From positions 64,001 to 128,000 of the forward strand of contig CAVPXI010000016.1 in assembly GCA_963709585.1 (NCBI GenBank): 64,000 nt of DNA. The letters run 5' to 3'. Made by a program: the position numbers and the translations under genes. This DNA comes from Candidatus Dormiibacterota bacterium (GTDB taxonomy: Bacteria; Chloroflexota; Dormibacteria; Aeolococcales; Aeolococcaceae). Positions 60,902-64,000 of the stretch are shown piece by piece. A model generated the notes under the pieces. That model did not search any database. It was not told where the DNA came from and worked only from the letters and a program-made list of their open reading frames with translations. The stretch's first letter is position 1; every line of letters begins with the position of its first letter.

Positions 60902-61893
60902 CGCGAATCTCCTGCATGTGTGGCGCTGAAGCTGCGCCCGGTGTGGCTGAGGTAGACGTCGTCCAGGGAAGGCCGCGACACGGTGACCGACGCCACCGTC
61001 ACGCCGGCGGCATCGAGCGCCGCGAGGACGCCGGGAACCGCGCGCGCGCCGTCGTCGACGCGGGCGTGAACCGCGCGACCCTCGGCGGTGAGGTCTCGAA
61101 GCCACCCGCTTCGGGGGCTCAGGGCGCGGAGGGCATCGCCAATCACGGCATCTGCGTCGAGTTGGATATTGATCGCATCGCCGAGCAGCCGGCTCTTGAG
61201 CTGATCGGGGGTCCCATCGGTAACCACCCGACCCTCGTCGATGATCGCCAGACGGTGAGCCAGATGGTCGGCCTCATCGAGGTAATGCGTGGTCAGGAGC
61301 ACGGACACGCCGTCGCATGCAGCGAGGCGATGGATCTCGGACCAGAGGCTGCTGCGCGCCTCGGGATCCAATCCCGTGGTGGGCTCGTCGAGAAAGAGCA
61401 CCTCGGGCTGATGCACCAGCCCCATTGCAACGCCGAGCTTGCGGCGCATGCCTCCCGAGTACGTGCGCGCCAGGCGGTCGGCCGCGTCAGTGAGCTGGAA
61501 TCTGTCGAGCAGCTCGGCAACCCGGCGTCGCCCGTCGCGGCTCCCCATTCCATACATCTGTGCTTGCAGGGTGATGTTCTCGCGACCCGTCGCCTCGAGG
61601 TCGACGGCATCCTTCTGGGCGACGCAGCCGATGATCCGCCGGACGCCCCGGGGATTGGCGATGACATCGATCCCGGCGACGCGTGCCCGACCGGCATCCG
61701 GGTGGGTCATCGTCGTGAGGATCTTCACCGCAGTGGACTTACCGGCCCCATTGGGACCGAGGAGGGCGAAGATCGTTCCGCGCTCCACCTGGAAGCTCAG
61801 GCCACGGAGCGCGACGACGTCCTTGCCGTACCTCTTCTCGAGATGCTGGGCCTCGATGGCGAACGGTCCGAAGGCGGCCACTGCGGCATTCAT
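60898..61893 (-). CDS. ABC exporter ATP-binding subunit (DrrA-like)
   Basis: GPNGAGKS, YSGGMRR, FLDEPTTGLD, TTHYLDEAD. Confidence 0.93.
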   Translation of the reverse strand: MNAAVAAFGPFAIEAQHLEKRYGKDVVALRGLSFQVERGTIFALLGPNGAGKSTAVKILTTMTHPDAGRARVAGIDVIANPRGVRRIIGCVAQKDAVDLEATGRENITLQAQMYGMGSRDGRRRVAELLDRFQLTDAADRLARTYSGGMRRKLGVAMGLVHQPEVLFLDEPTTGLDPEARSSLWSEIHRLAACDGVSVLLTTHYLDEADHLAHRLAIIDEGRVVTDGTPDQLKSRLLGDAINIQLDADAVIGDALRALSPRSGWLRDLTAEGRAVHARVDDGARAVPGVLAALDAAGVTVASVTVSRPSLDDVYLSHTGRSFSATHAGDSR

Positions 61894-61913
61894 GCGAAGG
61901 CGCTCCTTTTGAG

Positions 61914-61972
61914 CTAACGTTGTTAGGTCGATCGAGGAGCGAAATGTACCCCTAACGGTGTTAGTCTGTCAA
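61914..61972 (-). promoter_or_regulatory. Promoter TTGACA-N18-TACATT with two CTAAC-N3-GTTAG TetR-type operators
   Basis: Palindromes at 61914-61926 and 61952-61964, the second inside the -35/-10 spacer. Confidence 0.75.
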
Positions 61973-62021
61973 GTATGGTGGTCATAGTGTCCAGTCCAAT
62001 GAGCAACCCGGCGGAACGGGC

Positions 62022-63143
62022 GTGAACCGCATCACCCTCGCCGCCACCGCGCTCGAGTTGATCCAGGAGGACGGCCTTGACGCGCTGACGATGCGAACCC
62101 TTGCGGATCGGAGCGGTGTCAGGGCGGCCTCGCTGTACTGGCACGTGCGCGATCGCGAGGAGCTGCTCGAACTCGTTGCCGATGCGCTACTCGCCCGGGT
62201 TCCCACCCCCGCGCAAGGACTGGACTGGCGCGAGGCGGCCCTGGCGTTGTGCACCGCCACCGCCGCGCATATCGCGTCTCAGCGCGATGGCGACCGCATC
62301 CTGCACGAGGTCCCCGGGGCCGTTCGGCGCAGCGCCGCCTACACCAGGCTCGCCCAGGACATCGCCAGTCGGGGCATCGCTGCCGGGACCGCCGCCGAGG
62401 TCGCGGCGATGATGATCGGGTACGTGGTGACGCTGCCGTCAACCCGTTTCCTTGATCGGCCGGCGGTCGGAGGCAAGACCATCACCCTGGCCATCGACTC
62501 GGGTTCTCGTGGCGTCGTGGTCCAGGCCGGCGCGTCGATGGAGGGGCTGTTCCGAATCCCCCATGACACAGCGGCAACCGCGCCCACCGTGCTCCGCGAC
62601 GAGCGGGTGATCGTGCGGCGGCTTCGCGGTGGCAAACGCGGTGAGATCGAGATCAACCCGGCTCATCCATGGCGCATTCAGGTCCAGGGGCCTACGTGGA
62701 ACACGCTCCTCGACCTGCGCGGCGTCAACCTGCGCGAAGTGCACCTGGACAGCAGCGCGAGCAAAGTCGAATGTCTGCTGCCTCATCCACAGGGTGTCGT
62801 GCCGATCCACATTTCGAGTGGGGTCATCGGCGTCTCGCTCAAACGAATCCCGGGGACTGCGGTCACCGCAGTTATCAAGAGCGGTGCGGTCCAGGTGAAT
62901 CTGGACGGCTTCCAGACCCGCGTGGCGGTCGTTGACGCGCGGTGGGAATCACCCGAGGCGAGTGCCGCACCCGACCGGTACGAGCTCGAGGTGAGCGGCG
63001 GCGCGGTTCGCGTGAGCCTCGACCAGTCGGCCGTCGAACCCACCCCGGTGCCCAGCCCCCAGCCGGCCGGGGCAGGCAACGACGAGTTCGGCACGGCGCT
63101 CGGCATCGTCCTCGACGGCATCGCGATGCGGAACCGGTCGTGA
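62022..63143 (+). CDS. TetR-family regulator with an inserted beta-rich domain
   Basis: HTH LTMRTLADRSGVRAASLYWHV; TetR_C helices interrupted by about 190 aa; terminal DEFGTALGIVLDGI helix. Confidence 0.8.
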   Translation: MNRITLAATALELIQEDGLDALTMRTLADRSGVRAASLYWHVRDREELLELVADALLARVPTPAQGLDWREAALALCTATAAHIASQRDGDRILHEVPGAVRRSAAYTRLAQDIASRGIAAGTAAEVAAMMIGYVVTLPSTRFLDRPAVGGKTITLAIDSGSRGVVVQAGASMEGLFRIPHDTAATAPTVLRDERVIVRRLRGGKRGEIEINPAHPWRIQVQGPTWNTLLDLRGVNLREVHLDSSASKVECLLPHPQGVVPIHISSGVIGVSLKRIPGTAVTAVIKSGAVQVNLDGFQTRVAVVDARWESPEASAAPDRYELEVSGGAVRVSLDQSAVEPTPVPSPQPAGAGNDEFGTALGIVLDGIAMRNRS

Positions 63144-63249
63144 CGGGACAGCGTCCCGCCGCCCGCGTCTCTGACCGCTCACCCCGCGTATCGTTGCCAC
63201 GTGCGGCGCGCACGCACCGTGCCAACGCGTGACGAGGAGGTCGACGCAG

Positions 63250-64000
63250 ATGCTGTCGTACGCATCGGGGACCAGCACCGTGCCCCTGCTCGGCGAGACC
63301 ATCGGCCAGAATCTGCGCCGGACGGTTGAGCGGCACGGCGACTCCGAAGCGCTCGTCGTACCCCACCAGAACTACCGGGCGACATACCGTGAGCTCTGGG
63401 AACAGGTCTCCCTGGTGGCACGCGGCCTGATCGCTCGTGGCGTCGGCCGCGGAGACCGAGTCGGCATATGGTCGCCGAATCGCTTCGAGTGGGTGGTCGT
63501 CCAGTATGCGACCGCGCGAATCGGCGCCATCCTGGTCAACATCAACCCCGCCTACCGGACCACGGAGCTGGAGTACGCGCTCGGACAGTCCGGCGTTTCG
63601 TTTCTGATTCTCGCGCGGGGTTTCCGTCAGACCGACTACGTCGGCATGCTCGACGCGGTCAAGGGCTCGTGCCCCGAGCTTCGCGAGGCGCTGGTCCTGG
63701 AAGACGGCTGGGACTCGCTGCTGCGAGATGGCGCGGGACTCGCCGACGATGCCCTCGAGGAGGTCGAATCGAGACTTCAGTTCGACGACCCGATCAACAT
63801 TCAGTACACATCCGGAACCACAGGATTTCCGAAGGGTGCGACCCTCTCGCATCACAACATCCTCAACAACGGGTTCTTCGTCGGTGAGACCGTCAAGTAC
63901 ACGTCCGCGGACCGGGTGTGCATCCCGGTGCCGTTCTATCACTGCTTCGGCATGGTCCTGGGCAACCTCGCGTGCACCAGTCACGGTGCATGCATCGTGG
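63250..64000 (+). CDS. AMP-binding acyl-CoA synthetase, 5' part (truncated by window edge)
   Basis: MLSYASGTS...LVNINPAYR...INIQYTSGTTGFPKGATLSHHNILNNG; absent from the ORF track because there is no stop in the window. Confidence 0.9.
   Translation, partial: MLSYASGTSTVPLLGETIGQNLRRTVERHGDSEALVVPHQNYRATYRELWEQVSLVARGLIARGVGRGDRVGIWSPNRFEWVVVQYATARIGAILVNINPAYRTTELEYALGQSGVSFLILARGFRQTDYVGMLDAVKGSCPELREALVLEDGWDSLLRDGAGLADDALEEVESRLQFDDPINIQYTSGTTGFPKGATLSHHNILNNGFFVGETVKYTSADRVCIPVPFYHCFGMVLGNLACTSHGACIV

Overview
High-GC bacterial chromosomal window. Gene content suggests a soil trace-gas chemosynthesiser such as Ca. Dormibacterota (AD3) or an actinobacterium; this is inference only. Layout: (1) 1-4.9 kb: 3' end of a methylaspartate ammonia-lyase, a CoA-transferase, a large LuxR-ATPase regulator and a PadR regulator. 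(2) 5-19.8 kb: a group 1h (high-affinity) [NiFe]-hydrogenase operon with hhySL, accessory genes and hypA/F/C/D/E. It has unusual parts: a HypA with no Zn finger, no hypB, a signal-less YceI protein between two small membrane peptides, and two GmhA-like SIS proteins with complementary active-site losses. (3) 20.1-25.2 kb: a convergent form IE-type RuBisCO operon (prk-cbbL-cbbS-cbbX) with divergent cbbR. (4) 25-37.7 kb: transport and housekeeping genes, glgX and treY. (5) 37.7-49.5 kb: a roughly mirror-symmetric signalling island with 3 His kinases, 3 stand-alone receivers, 2 paralogous HspR-like MerR regulators, Cys-rich orphans and two related unannotated sRNA candidates, each with its own TTGACA-N18-TAnnnT promoter. 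(6) 49.6-64 kb: hemerythrin, peptidases, a divergent transketolase, Prim-Pol, agmatinase, an ABC-2 exporter with a domain-inserted TetR and its operators, and a partial acyl-CoA synthetase. Three genes have +1 frameshifts at short G-runs, probably sequencing errors. No CRISPR array, tRNA/rRNA or mobile element was recognised.
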